Assembly: GCF_040938485.1 (NCBI RefSeq)
Contig: NW_027271287.1
Location: forward strand, 1,240,001-1,304,000
DNA from: Diadema antillarum
Taxonomy: Eukaryota
DNA: 64,000 nucleotides
Reading direction: 5' to 3'
The notes below the pieces were generated by a model that was not told where the DNA came from, ran no database searches, and saw only the letters and a program-made list of their open reading frames with translations. Made by a program: the position numbers and the translations under genes. Shown here in pieces: positions 39,401 through 51,210 of the stretch (within the stretch, counting starts at the first letter, position 1; each line of letters starts with the position of its first letter).

Positions 39401-40434
39401 AGGATGCTGTACGAATTGAGTTTGCACAAAGTTCAAGCACTTGATGATTGAAGGAGAATGTATAATTTGGGCTTTTTGAATAGGAATTTCCTGTTGCTTG
39501 TCATGTTTCTATTAAGATTTACTGAGTTTTTTTCAATCTATCAACTTCTGATCATTGACTTTTCAAAGGTTGACATACAATTGTACATGTAGCAAGAGCT
39601 TCAATTGTATTTACATGTGTTTGCTGGAGAATATATTAGTAGTATTTACTGCCTGATATTTGAATCATTGGCACAATACAATTTAACCATCATCATTCCC
39701 ATCCTATATTCTTCTGTTTGTTTGTTTGTTTTTTTCATATTTTCTTGTGTGTCACACCATCTGTCTCACTGGATGCAAGCAAAAAGACTTTCTTTAAAGT
39801 TGCTATTCCAGATGTTTGTGAGTCACCTCATCGAAAGCTTAATGTAGCTTGATTGAAGTCAAGTTCCATTATCTGCAATGTATGAGATGTACCTGGGTGT
39901 ATGATTGTGCCGTATTGGATTATTAAAAGACTCCAGTATGGAACGAAGAACATCGTCTGCGACTCTGACGACTCCTGTAGGTCATTTACCTCCACCCCCC
40001 CCCTTTCTCTGGTGCTTTCAGGAGGCTGTGTGGATAAAGAGCATGACTGTGAGTCAAAGACGTATCCATGGGACAGTTCTTGGAAAAATGCAATCTAGAA
40101 TTAATGCATAATGGGTCTGAATTCAGCCTGTTTCCTTACATTTACAGAAAGCAGAGAAGAGATGGCTCATCTGCCACTGGAGGCATTGCACCCAAGTATG
40201 TAGTGATTTATATGTTATCACGTATATATGCACAGAATCAATTTATAGTTAACTTATGATTCATCCTTGAGCTGGGTAGGACAAAGAATCATCTTCTTTT
40301 TTTTTTAAAGCAATTCATATTTTGAACTGTCAACTGACTTGATTTTGGAGATTCTCAGTATGCATTTGATACAGCAGAAACACCCCCCCCCCAAAAAAAA
40401 CCTCTCTTTTATATGTTTATAATTCATATGATAA

Positions 40435-40739
40435 CAGAGACTCCAACCCAAAGCACCTTCTGATCGGGAGATTCTCCCGCCTGAAACCCCTAGCAAACGG
40501 GAGACTCCAAGTTGATATGTGCGAAGCGCGAAGTTCCTAGGGTTCTAAATGCTCTCTGGTGCTATCTAAGGCTTATTTTTTTTCAACATACAATAGCAAT
40601 AAGTAAGAAATCCTTTCCAACGGGAGACACAGAGCCAGGGCGGGAGAAAGTAAATCTCAAGCGGGAGAACGGGAGATTTTGCAAAAATGGGTTTTTGGCG
40701 GGAGATCTCCCGTCGAAAACGGGAGAGTTGGAGTCTCTG
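40435..40739 (-). mobile_element. ~300-bp MITE, 6-bp TSD (copy 2, inverted)
   Basis: Reverse complement of 28802-29104; flanks tgataa / tgataa. Confidence 0.92.
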
Positions 40740-41190
40740 TGATAAGGCTGAAAGGAACTAAACTGTCTGCACTGATGTTGAAGCAGTGTTGACTGTGGGT
40801 ATTTTTGTTTATCTTAAAAGGTAAAACAGTTTCCATATATGCCTGCAAACTGTCAATTTTTGCTCAAAAATGGACACACATACACAAAAGAATAATGCTG
40901 TAAGAGTGTAATAACACAATGTCAGTTGGGTAACAATGAAAATGTGAAATGTTTGATAGCCACCACTGTATTGGGAGGACTCTTCAGGAATGAAAGTCAA
41001 GTGCATATCATAATTTATTTATTTTTTTTTTATTCTTTTAATCTCAAAACACTCCAAAAGAAGTCATTGGTCTGGCAAATCATGTCAGCCATACAAATAT
41101 CTTGGTAGACTCTTATGATGTATTGCAAGCAAATTCCAAATGGTGGAAGATTAATTTTGAGCCCTTCTGAGAACTATGTTTTACCTTTAA

Positions 41191-41572
41191 AGGGATGGTA
41201 CAGTATTGGTGGAGATGAGAATTAGGCTTTTAACTTTTTGCGAGATACCAAGAAAACACTTATGATATACGTAGCACAGAGCATACCATTTTAAGAGGAA
41301 TTCAAAATTTATTTGATGGAAATCGGGTTTGGAATGACTGAAACATCCAAAAACAAAGTAAAACAAAGTGTAATAAAGTGTGGGTCCCACACTTTATTAG
41401 AATCGCTCTATTTTAGATATCTCAGCCATTTCAAAACCGATTTTCATCAAATAAACGTTGAATTCCTCATAGAGTTACGAGCTCTTTCATATTTCATAAG
41501 AGGTTTCTCATTATTTCACCAAAAAATGTTAGAAACCTGAAATTAGGTCTCAACCAAAACTATACGATCCCT
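41191..41572. mobile_element. Kolobok-like element (third copy)
   Basis: TTAA|agggatggtacagt ... actatacgatccct|TCAA; central palindrome taataaagtgtggg-t-cccacactttatta. Confidence 0.82.
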
Positions 41573-42308
41573 TCAAATAATACATCCATAAAGGGACTGT
41601 TATGAAGGAGGTTTACCGCTGTTCCCATTGACTCTAAATGGGTGTGACAGAATTTGCATTAGCTGGCTGTGTGCAAATAAATAGTGGACAAGAGGTAGCC
41701 CTAATCATGTTGGTGCAATTAACTCCCTCCTACATTATTACTGATCTGAAAGGACACACACCAAGTTGTTGGCATAATGTTGTATGAGTGGCTGTATACA
41801 GTCTGTACCTGTGTATGCGTGCATTACATGTACATTCAGGTTGTGTACAGCCACAGGTATGTGTATGGAGGCACATCGTGTTAAAATGTCAGCGTCTGCC
41901 CTGGTATTTGTCTAGACAGCATCGGGACATTAAGAAATCAATATGCTTATTCAATTCCTAGTTTTGTAAATCAATGAGGTTATTAACTCTTCACTTAATT
42001 TTGTCATATTAGAAAGACCCATAGGGCACTAGGCTTTATTCAAGTCTGTGTCATCCTTTATTGAAATTGACTTATCCCAAAGGCCTATATTTTCCAGAGA
42101 CACATTTCATGACTGTACATAGGTTGCGAATAACTTTAAGATGCATTATGTGTACTCACAATGCTAAAAGTTGCTTTTAAAAAGGTCTTTTTGTAAGATT
42201 TGATATGGAGAAGATTGAATTTACACAAAGTTGGAGACATCCCTCCTGTTACCATTGCTGAACATTGTTGGTATCAGTTTGAAGTGAAAATATAAATGAT
42301 TAGATTTG

Positions 42309-42610
42309 CAGACACTCCAACTCTCCCGTTTTCGACGGGAGATCTCCCGCCGAAAACCCATTTTTGCGAAATCTCCCATTCTCCCGCTTATGATTTAATT
42401 TCTCCTGCCCTGGCTCTGTGTCTCCCATTGGAAAGGATTTCTTACTTATTGCTATTGTATGTTGAAAAATAAGCCTTAGATAGCACCAGAGAGCATCTAG
42501 AACCCTGGGAATTTTGCGCTTCGCACACATCAACTTGGAATCTCCCGTTTGCTAGGGGTTTCAGGCGGGAGAATCTCCAGATCAGAAGGTGCTTTGGGTT
42601 GGAGTCTCTG
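42309..42610 (+). mobile_element. ~300-bp MITE, 6-bp TSD (copy 3)
   Basis: Homologous to 28802-29104; flanks gatttg / gatttg. Confidence 0.92.
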
Positions 42611-43823
42611 GATTTGCTGCAGTAATAATGACTAAAACCCCTCTCCAAACTTTCATCTTTAAATGCCATCAACAGTGTGAAGAAGCTGGACAGTAGTAGT
42701 GGCACTGACGGGCATAAAACGAAGTAATGTCACATTTCAAAAACTATGTTACAGTAGGCCTACTAGTAGTTTCTTTGTTTATGTTGTGTGATGGCAGCTG
42801 TGATGGTACTAATGCCAAAAGAAGTAAACAGAAAGATACACGTAGGTCATAAAGTGAGTGATTGAAGAGGATATTGGCTTGTTCAGAGAATTTCATCAGA
42901 CATAATACAAAGAATTAGAGTCTCATTCACAGATGACTTTTGTAGTAGTTTATAATCATAAGATGTTATTTCATTGTTATTCCATTTTAATAGCTTGTTA
43001 TGTCACACTGATCAAATTTACAAGTTATCAGAAGTCAAATAATGTGGACTTCCTTTATGACAGGGATGAACGGTGCTATTTGATTACCATACGATACGTG
43101 AGACTGACGTTCACAAACATTCCAAATGACACCTCCTCATGTTACACAGTCCAAGTTCATCATCCAACTATAGCTTCGTGTGAGCTGCAACAAGGCATTT
43201 TTGCATCAAGCAAGCACCATGATATACATGTAACACACTTTATATATTGGACACAGATGTAACATGTATGTTTTTCCTCGTTATATTCTGGATAAAGCAT
43301 TGATGTTGTCAATGGAAAGAAAAGAAAAAGAATCATAGAATAGAAGTCATAAATTTGATCTGTACATCTCACAAGCACAATGTACACTTTATCCTAGACC
43401 CCGTTTACAGTGCGGGGCTGGGCCGAGCCCAGCCTCCATTGAATTGAATTGAATTGAATTTATTTATTCAGCATAAAAACAACAGAGAAAGACAATGATG
43501 AGCAATCATGACAGACACAGAGAAAAAAACATAACTTTGGAATACATAAAGCTGAAGGGAAGCAGCCAACGAGGAATTAAATTTCCTTAAAATCTGGCCG
43601 ACCCAGAAAATCCATTTTAAAAAATGCATTGGTGGTAAATTTTTCATATCTATAAAAAAAAAAAAAAAAATGAGATGAACAGATATACCGTTGCAAGACA
43701 AAACATAAAGCAATACAGCATGATATACAATACACTACATTTACATTACAAAGACAATACGAATAAAGTGAGTTACGATCATTAGATAGAATACATGTAT
43801 TGCCAGCCAAGCATGTCAAAAAC

Positions 43824-46800
43824 TTAGGAATTATAATTTTGTATAAAATTCTCCTTAAGTTTACGTTTGAATACATTAAAAGAGGTAACTTTACGAATAT
43901 CATCTGGTATTGAGTTCCATATAAGCGGACCTTGATAAAACACAGATTTCTGAAATAATGATGTTCTTACTTTTGGGATATGAAAATTCTTAGCGTTTCT
44001 GGTATAATATAAATGAATATTGCAATTTAAGGTGAAATAATGCATCAGAGAATCGGGTAAAAGCTTTCTATGCCATAGAAACATAAGATTGCCTAAAATA
44101 TATTTATATCTGTCATACAACTTTAAAATCTTTTGGGAATTAAAAATTGGTGAAGTGTGAGCTAAATAAGTTGAATGGTTTATAACCCTTATTGCACGTT
44201 TTTGTAGTTTAAAAAGTCTGTCTATGTATATATTTGCAGCACTTCCCCAAACAGAAAGACCATATTCAAAAAAAGGCGCAATAATTGCATTATATATCAT
44301 TTTAAGAACAACAGTGGGTAAAAAGTTAAGTCGAAAAAGTATCCCAATATTTTTTGAAATTTTGTTGCATATAATATTTATGTGATCTTTCCAAGTCAAT
44401 TTATTATCAATTGTGATTCCTAAAAATTGCAAAGACACTTCATGCTTAATTTCAGATCCTGCTAAATATATACTTATATCCTTGACATCAACATTTCTAT
44501 TGGTGAATATCATAAAATGTGTTTTACTTGTATTTACTGATAATTTATTCATATATAACCATTCAGAAATTATACTTAGCTCATTATTGACTATGATTTG
44601 TAATGTTTGGGGATCATTATGAGATATAAAAATACTGGTGTCATCAGCAAACAATATATATCTAAAAACCTCAGACGTATTACATAAGTCATTCATATAT
44701 AAAAGAAACAAAAGAGGTCCCAAGATTGACCCTTGGGGTACTCCACACTTCAATTCTTTAGATTTAGATTGAAAACCATCCACAACAACATATTGCACTC
44801 TGTCGGATAAATAACTGCGGAACAAATCTAAAACAACTCCTCTTATGCCATACAAATACATCTTACTAAGTAAAATATCATGATCAAGACTATCAAAAGC
44901 CTTACTCAAATCCAAAAATATGCCGATTAAAATTTCCTCATTTTCTATTGCACACATCACATTTTGAATAAAATTGATTAAAGCATGAGAAGTGGAGTGC
45001 CTCTCCCTAAAACCATATTGGTTTGAAGTGAATATATTGCACTCTTTGATAAAGGATAATAAACGAACATAAATGCATTTCTCAAAAATCTTTGAAAAAA
45101 GAGATAAAACAGATATCGGGCGGTAGTTACTTAAAATCTCTTGAGAACCTTTTTTAAAAACAGGTATTACACGTGCTATTTTCAGTTTATCTGGGAAGAC
45201 ACCAGCATCTAAACACTTGTTGAATATTGCACACAGAGGTTCACATAAATAATCAATAACTCTTTTCAAAACACAAATTGCAATTCCATCTGAACCTGGG
45301 CTTGTATCATTCTTAAAATTCTTCACAATGTCAACAATTTCATCAGGAGATATTGGTTTAAAAAATGCAGATTTCTCATTTTTGATGATATATTTTACAT
45401 TAGGTGACTTCTTATCATCATCGAACTTACGTTTCAAATCATAACCAACATTAACAAAATACTCATTAAAAACATCAGGAATTATATTCTTATCTGAAAT
45501 CAATTCATTATCAACAATAATCTTATCAACACAGGATTTCTTTTTATGTTTTTCCAAAGCCCTATTAATAACTTTCCACGTTTTACTACTGTCACCATGT
45601 GCAGCCTGAAATTGAATCTTATAATACAGTTTTTTTGCCTGCTTAATTTTATTAACAACTTTGTTTCTAATTTTCTTATACACCCTTTTTCTATAATCAG
45701 TTGGATTTTTTAAATATAACTTATACAAACGGTTTTTCTTTTTTATAATTTTTCGAATTTCATCATTAAACCAACGTGCACTTTTATTACTTTTGCTTTC
45801 CTTTAAATCAATGCGTTTTAAAGGAAAATATACATCATAATAATCTAAAAATACATTTATGAATTCATTATAACAATCATTGGCATTAGGAATTGTGATA
45901 TTCCATTGGAAACTATTCAGATGCTGCGCGAATCTAATTATATTCATCTCACTGATTTCACGTTTATGAAAACATTTTTCTTTAAAAACAATAGAAATTT
46001 TATTACAAATACAATATATGGGAAAATGATCGCTTACATCACATAAAAAAAGCCCCGATGAAGATACATTCACACTATCCTCATTTGTAAATATATTGTC
46101 AATTAACGAAACCGAGTCTGGAGTAATCCTTGTAGGATATTTGATAAGAGGAAACATATTATGAACCAACAACATATCAAAAAACTCATTTACGTATTGC
46201 TCTCTATCTATTCTTAAGAGGTTAATATTGAAATCACCCATCAAATAAAACACTTTTTTCTCATTTTGCACAATTTGTAATACTTCACTTAAAACTTTCA
46301 TAAAATCTTCAACACATTGATTAGGTGGTCTATACATAACTCCAAATAAAATTCTTCGATGATTCATTTCAATTTCAGAAAATATACTTTCAATATAATT
46401 ATTGTTTACATCCAAGTCAGTCCTTCGTTCAAAATTGACATCATTTTTTATATACAAACCAACTCCACCACCCCTCTTAAATCTACGACTATTTGCAAAG
46501 AAAGAATAATTATCAAGCCTGTACATATCAAGAGGTGAGTTAGCATTCAGCCATGTTTCAGAAATTCCTATTATAGTTGGTGCAATATCAATTGAAGTTA
46601 AAAATGAGTTTAAGTTATCAAAGTTGCGAGACATGCTCCTACAATTAAAATGAATACAAAAAAGGGGAGATTCATTTTCTTTTGCAATCATCTTAGAATG
46701 TAAAACGCTGTTAAAATCTTTGGTTGAATAGTAATACTGATCAGAGACATATTCGTTATCGCTAGCAGGAGAAATATATTCATGTAGTTTTTTAAGTTCA

Positions 46801-46865
46801 GGGTTCACGTGAGAAAACTGGCATTGGTTGACTATATCAGAAAAATACATTGAGCAACAAAACAA
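43824..46865 (-). CDS. LINE ORF2: apurinic-like endonuclease plus reverse transcriptase, 1013 aa, no stops
   Basis: EN motifs HFNCRS, GISETWL, RGGGVGLYIK, MYRPPN, MGDFNIN, TR..LIDNIF, SDHFPI. RT motifs PGSDGI, NYRPISVL, QYGFR, FLDLSKAFD, GVPQGSILGPLLF, FADDT, FLGITID. No RNase H seen. Confidence 0.97.
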   Translation of the reverse strand: MFCCSMYFSDIVNQCQFSHVNPELKKLHEYISPASDNEYVSDQYYYSTKDFNSVLHSKMIAKENESPLFCIHFNCRSMSRNFDNLNSFLTSIDIAPTIIGISETWLNANSPLDMYRLDNYSFFANSRRFKRGGGVGLYIKNDVNFERRTDLDVNNNYIESIFSEIEMNHRRILFGVMYRPPNQCVEDFMKVLSEVLQIVQNEKKVFYLMGDFNINLLRIDREQYVNEFFDMLLVHNMFPLIKYPTRITPDSVSLIDNIFTNEDSVNVSSSGLFLCDVSDHFPIYCICNKISIVFKEKCFHKREISEMNIIRFAQHLNSFQWNITIPNANDCYNEFINVFLDYYDVYFPLKRIDLKESKSNKSARWFNDEIRKIIKKKNRLYKLYLKNPTDYRKRVYKKIRNKVVNKIKQAKKLYYKIQFQAAHGDSSKTWKVINRALEKHKKKSCVDKIIVDNELISDKNIIPDVFNEYFVNVGYDLKRKFDDDKKSPNVKYIIKNEKSAFFKPISPDEIVDIVKNFKNDTSPGSDGIAICVLKRVIDYLCEPLCAIFNKCLDAGVFPDKLKIARVIPVFKKGSQEILSNYRPISVLSLFSKIFEKCIYVRLLSFIKECNIFTSNQYGFRERHSTSHALINFIQNVMCAIENEEILIGIFLDLSKAFDSLDHDILLSKMYLYGIRGVVLDLFRSYLSDRVQYVVVDGFQSKSKELKCGVPQGSILGPLLFLLYMNDLCNTSEVFRYILFADDTSIFISHNDPQTLQIIVNNELSIISEWLYMNKLSVNTSKTHFMIFTNRNVDVKDISIYLAGSEIKHEVSLQFLGITIDNKLTWKDHINIICNKISKNIGILFRLNFLPTVVLKMIYNAIIAPFFEYGLSVWGSAANIYIDRLFKLQKRAIRVINHSTYLAHTSPIFNSQKILKLYDRYKYILGNLMFLWHRKLLPDSLMHYFTLNCNIHLYYTRNAKNFHIPKVRTSLFQKSVFYQGPLIWNSIPDDIRKVTSFNVFKRKLKENFIQNYNS

Positions 46866-47055
46866 GACTCACTACACACAATTAAAATAACTTCAAGAAC
46901 TAAGAACATACATGTACATAAGAGAGGGTGAGAGCAAAAAGAGAGTCTGCTCCTAAAGAGTGAATGAGGATGCATTAAGTATCAAGAAAATTTGATTAGG
47001 TTAACATATCATATGCGTATAGTAGATGTCAGTTTACGAAAATAACATATTTTGT

Positions 47056-47901
47056 TTAAAGCTTTTTCAATTCACTGACTGACCATATTCTCTTTCTCAC
47101 AGTGGATCCATTGGTTGCTTTGACCAGCACGATGACTCTGCCATCACTGGACCATGCTGCACACAGTTTGTCGTTTCTTTCCACTTCTTCTTTTGCTTTG
47201 GTCAACAGGAGGCGATTTTCTGCTGTGAGATCTTCCTCAATCCCTACATGAGTACCTTTCAGTCTTCTCCGGCTTTTGATGACCGTGTCTCTGGTGCGGT
47301 AAGTGGTGAACTTGACTATGATGGCGCGTGGAGGTGGTTGTTTCCTTGCCCCTGGTCTTGAACTGGTGGTACGCGGGGCACCCACACGGTGAGACCTGTC
47401 AATCTCATGTCGCTGCAGCTTGATGTTCAGCTTCTCCGAGGCTAGATCAAGCATCACCTGGTCTGTATCCTCCTTTGGGTTTTCCGGGATGCCATATAGC
47501 CGCACGCAGTTACGACGCGAGTATTGTTCAGCATCATTCATGTCTCGTTTGAGCTTGGCTATATCGGCTGAGTCAAGCTCGTGTTGTTTTTGCAGTGACG
47601 TGATGACTCTCGCCTTTGATTTCACTTCAGCCTCCAATTCGATCACCTTGCCTTCCGCGATTTCAAGCTGTGTTTGAAGCTTTTGCATTTCGTTGCGGAC
47701 TGCTTCCACAAGGGAAACTTTGAACAGCTCCTTGAACTGCTCACTGCTGAAGAATTCTCTGACCTCTTCACTTATCTGTTCACAGAATTCAGAAGCATCG
47801 ACACCAGGGGGAGAAACAGATGAACACGATTTCTCTTGACCCCTGGTCCCTGGCATACCGATTGATGAGCAAGGCAATTCACCACACTGTAAACAATGCA
47901 A
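47056..47901 (-). CDS. LINE ORF1: coiled-coil plus RRM-like (L1 ORF1p/Transposase_22-like) protein, 281 aa
   Basis: Heptad region LQTQLEIAEGKVIELEAEV, then EQYSRRNCVRLYGIPE, IDRSHRVG, PRAIIVKF, EEDLT and AWSSDG, the usual pattern for this ORF1 class. Confidence 0.88.
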   Translation of the reverse strand: MHCLQCGELPCSSIGMPGTRGQEKSCSSVSPPGVDASEFCEQISEEVREFFSSEQFKELFKVSLVEAVRNEMQKLQTQLEIAEGKVIELEAEVKSKARVITSLQKQHELDSADIAKLKRDMNDAEQYSRRNCVRLYGIPENPKEDTDQVMLDLASEKLNIKLQRHEIDRSHRVGAPRTTSSRPGARKQPPPRAIIVKFTTYRTRDTVIKSRRRLKGTHVGIEEDLTAENRLLLTKAKEEVERNDKLCAAWSSDGRVIVLVKATNGSTVRKRIWSVSELKKL

Positions 47902-48362
47902 GTTGTTGAATAGCCCCTGAAGTAATCACCCCTTTCAGAAATACTTGGGGAGTCTCGGGATGCCTGGTGCTCTAACACCTTAACAAAAGAAGTGATCAGG
48001 AAAGAGTGCATTCACACAACACTGCGTGGGGAGACTGAATAGGTAGACACGTACGTAGTGTGCTGTACAAAGATCAGAGTCCAGTGTTCTATGACATACT
48101 GGATGGCAGCTGCTAACACAACTTAGTGAGCACGGGACTGAGGCAAAAAGACAGTGAAACTGAATCCAAATGAGATATAAGAAAACTGAGCAAGTCTTTC
48201 CTTTCCTTGAACTTACATCCTCCCAGCTGGTACTACTTCATTCCAGAAGGTTCACCATTCAGTCATACAATACACAAATATCCAGAAGATGGGATTTCAC
48301 CTCAGAAAATACGCAATTTGTGCCAGTTTGTGCCAGTAGCTCCTGTCTCCTTACTCTCCTCT

Positions 48363-48860
48363 GAGCCCCGCAATTTTGTCCGTTTACACTGCCGGGCTCG
48401 GCCGCGCTTTTGATTCAAACCTTTCAATATTTTGTCGTAGTGGCGCTCTGCTTGTAAACAAACACAATTTGGTATTGACCCTTTGCCAAATGAATTCCGT
48501 GGCGACGAAGTCGCCGTTCGGACAAAGGCCTTTGCCGAAGGAAAAATCCTTTGCAGGACAAAACCACCTTAAACTGTATAAGTTTTCAACGTTGAGGGGG
48601 TTAATATCCTGAATAGCAAAATAGTACAGGCAGAGGGTTTGGAAGCCAGACTAAAATTGGCCGTGCATTTGGCCCAGTTTGCGTTTACACTGAGAAAAGG
48701 CCGGGCTCGGCCGCGGCTCGGCCAGTGGCCGAGACCACAAATACAGAGCGTGGCCAAATACGAGGCCAATTTTGGCCTTGCATTTGGCCTTTTGCGCGTT
48801 TACACTGAAATGAAGGTGGGCTCGGCCGCGGCTCAACTGCTGCCGAGCCTCGCACTGTAC
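48363..48860. mobile_element. Right part of a PIF/Harbinger-like non-autonomous element whose left end is at 43396-43437
   Basis: Repeated cgtttacactg and gggctcggccgc motifs; gagcctcgcactgta near 48850 approximates the reverse complement of the left end agaccccgtttacagtgcggggct. Confidence 0.55.
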
Positions 48861-48880
48861 TCAAGTATTTGTCTGCTGTT

Positions 48881-49022
48881 CTGGGGGGCGTTTCATCAAC
48901 GAGTTCGTCGGAGGTTTTCACCGACGAATTTGCTATCAGCCAATCAGACGCAAGGATTTCAGTAGCTTTTAACAGTTGTCAGTGTAAATCACTGACAAAA
49001 AGTTTCATGAAACGGTCCCCAG
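48881..49022. mobile_element. ~140-bp Harbinger-like MITE (inverted second copy at 50087-50219)
   Basis: ctggggggcgtttcatcaa ... tttcatgaaacggtccccag; near-identical reverse complement at 50087-50219. Confidence 0.8.
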
Positions 49023-49051
49023 GTATACAATCACGACACGAGTACACTGTA

Positions 49052-49258
49052 CTGTAAAACATGATATATTCGCGGCATGAATTTTTCGCGAATTGGAGCC
49101 GAAGGCCTTTTTAGCGGCATGAAATTTTCGCGAACTGGAACTGGTATTCAATGCATATAGTGTAGAAAAGAACTTTCGCGTGCATTTTAATTTCGCGAAT
49201 CTTCGCGCTCGCGAAATTCGCGAAATTAAAATGCACGCGAACATTTCTCGTTTTACAG
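49052..49258. mobile_element. CpG-rich MITE with TA target duplication
   Basis: TA|ctgtaaaacatga ... tctcgttttacag|TA; same family as 16150-16307. Confidence 0.85.
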
Positions 49259-50086
49259 TATCCTCTTGTTAGTTGCCAAAAAGGAGGAAACAGTGAAGGT
49301 AATTGCAGGGTTCTACGAAGTCACTTGCACGCTTGCCGGGACAGCAGGTCTCGACAATAGCGATTGCCCAGGGCCACTAAAACTTGATGTTGGGCCACCA
49401 AATTAGCTTTGGATGGCCAGATCGAGCAACTAAGATTCAGAATATGGATTGTTATGTTTCCATTTATATTAAACCAATACGTTTTTTTTGTTTTTTTTGC
49501 AGGTCACCAAAACGTCAAATTTAAAGATTTTAGAAGCCTGAATAGGCTACTGGAGAAAAATATTAATGTTGAATCTTGCAGGGCAATTAAAATGAATGGC
49601 AACTTAACATGGAAAATTATTGGCCCTTGCCCTGTGACCATGTGGGCAAATTATTTGTTGTTGTTGATATTTTGCATTAGATTTATCTGTAAAGAGTTTG
49701 TAGTATATAGTGTGTTATCAAGTTAGGAATCAGGCGCTGTCAACTTACCCCTGGATGTAGGCATACAAATTTTGTCAAATGAAAGATCATATGATGTGCA
49801 TTTGGTTCATTGCATTCTTTTTATCAAATATTATTTGTGCAAGATGAATCCATTACCTTTGATAGACTGCTTTTTAAGTCTTGCCTCACTTTCTACAGTA
49901 TTGTAGTATGGTATCTCTAGTTTATAGATCCTCCATATCTGCAGCTGGTATATTATGTCTGTGTGTACTGCTGCTGGTGTGAATTTATAGGTCTATTGTA
50001 TTGTTGCAGATTTAGGATTTATCTAATCAAATTTGATTGAGTCATGAATATCTTTATTCGAGAAAATTGGAAGCATACAGTACATC

Positions 50087-50219
50087 CTGGGGACCATTTC
50101 ATGAAACTTTTTGTCGGTGACACTGACAACTGTTAAAAGCTACTGAAATCCTTGCGTCTGATTGGCTGATAGCAAATTTGTCGGTGAAAACCTCCGACGA
50201 ACTCGTTGATGAAACGCCC
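50087..50219. mobile_element. Inverted copy of the 48881 MITE
   Basis: Shares aaagctactgaaatccttgcgtctgattggctgatagcaaatt in reverse complement. Confidence 0.8.
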
Positions 50220-51210
50220 ATCTTAACTGCTACACTGACGGAATTGGTTTACATTACATGTAAACATGAAGTTGATGCATACATGTGTAAAACATAAAAG
50301 ATTTGAAATTGATAAGTCAATGACTGACACAGGAATTGCTAGTTCTATGTTGAAAGTAAAAAAAGCACAGAAATTCCAGAATATATTTCATGAGTGCCGT
50401 AGACAACAGAATTTGATGAATAGTACATAGAAAGTGTAACATTTAATGTTAATTGCTGTTAATTGAATCATACACACAATCTTACACATACCACACACAC
50501 ACAAAATCAAATAAGTTCTACATTATATGGTATACTAGCCTAGGTCTGCTCATGCTCACTGTACAAAAAGGCAGCCTTGACCCATGCACAAACTCACAAT
50601 AGCAAGATCGGTCTGTAGAATACAATTACCTGGTATACCTCAGGGGCGTTAAATCAAATAATACTAGTGAGTGCTTCATCAGAAATGTTCCAAGATTGAG
50701 TCTATTGGCAAATAAAGGCATGGAATCGTATTGTCTAAAACCTGCTGTACTACAGCAAACTGGTCTATTTGTACCTGCATGCTATGAAAGGTGCATACTG
50801 TTAGTTGCTGTTGTACATACCATGTAGATTCCTACATTTCAGCTGATCGTACTGTAGCTTTCATAATCTGGTAATTCCATTGCAAAATGTTATTTTCCGT
50901 GATGGGTACCATAGGCAAAGTGAAACATAAATGATGTACCATTATATAAAATCTATGATACATACTTTTCAATAGATCAAACAATTCCTGTGAATATTGG
51001 ATGTTGACACCAAGGTACTATACATTTAAAACATAAAGAAATTTATGAAATGCAGACCTCCTACCCATTCTTGATTTGGAGGAAAGAATGTGAATTTTGA
51101 CCATTCCCAGCTCATGTTTTAGTTGGAGTTTCCTATTTTTCTTGATCATTTTACTGGAGTATACACTCCTATGGGAACTGCTCTCTCTTTCCTACTTCTA
51201 AGTCAGAAAG

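Larger units (their letters stand above)
43438..48362 (-). mobile_element. Apparently full-length non-LTR retrotransposon, CR1/L2/Crack group, ~4.9 kb
   Basis: 5' UTR (about 48362-47902; 5' boundary approximate), ORF1, ~190-nt spacer, ORF2, ~390-nt 3' UTR ending AATAAATAAA followed by (TTCAA)4. Confidence 0.92.

Noticed and set aside
47420-48965. Short ORFs antisense to LINE ORF1 and within the GC-rich Harbinger-like flank
   Set aside because: Shadow ORFs caused by coding sequence on the other strand or stop-poor GC-rich repeats.
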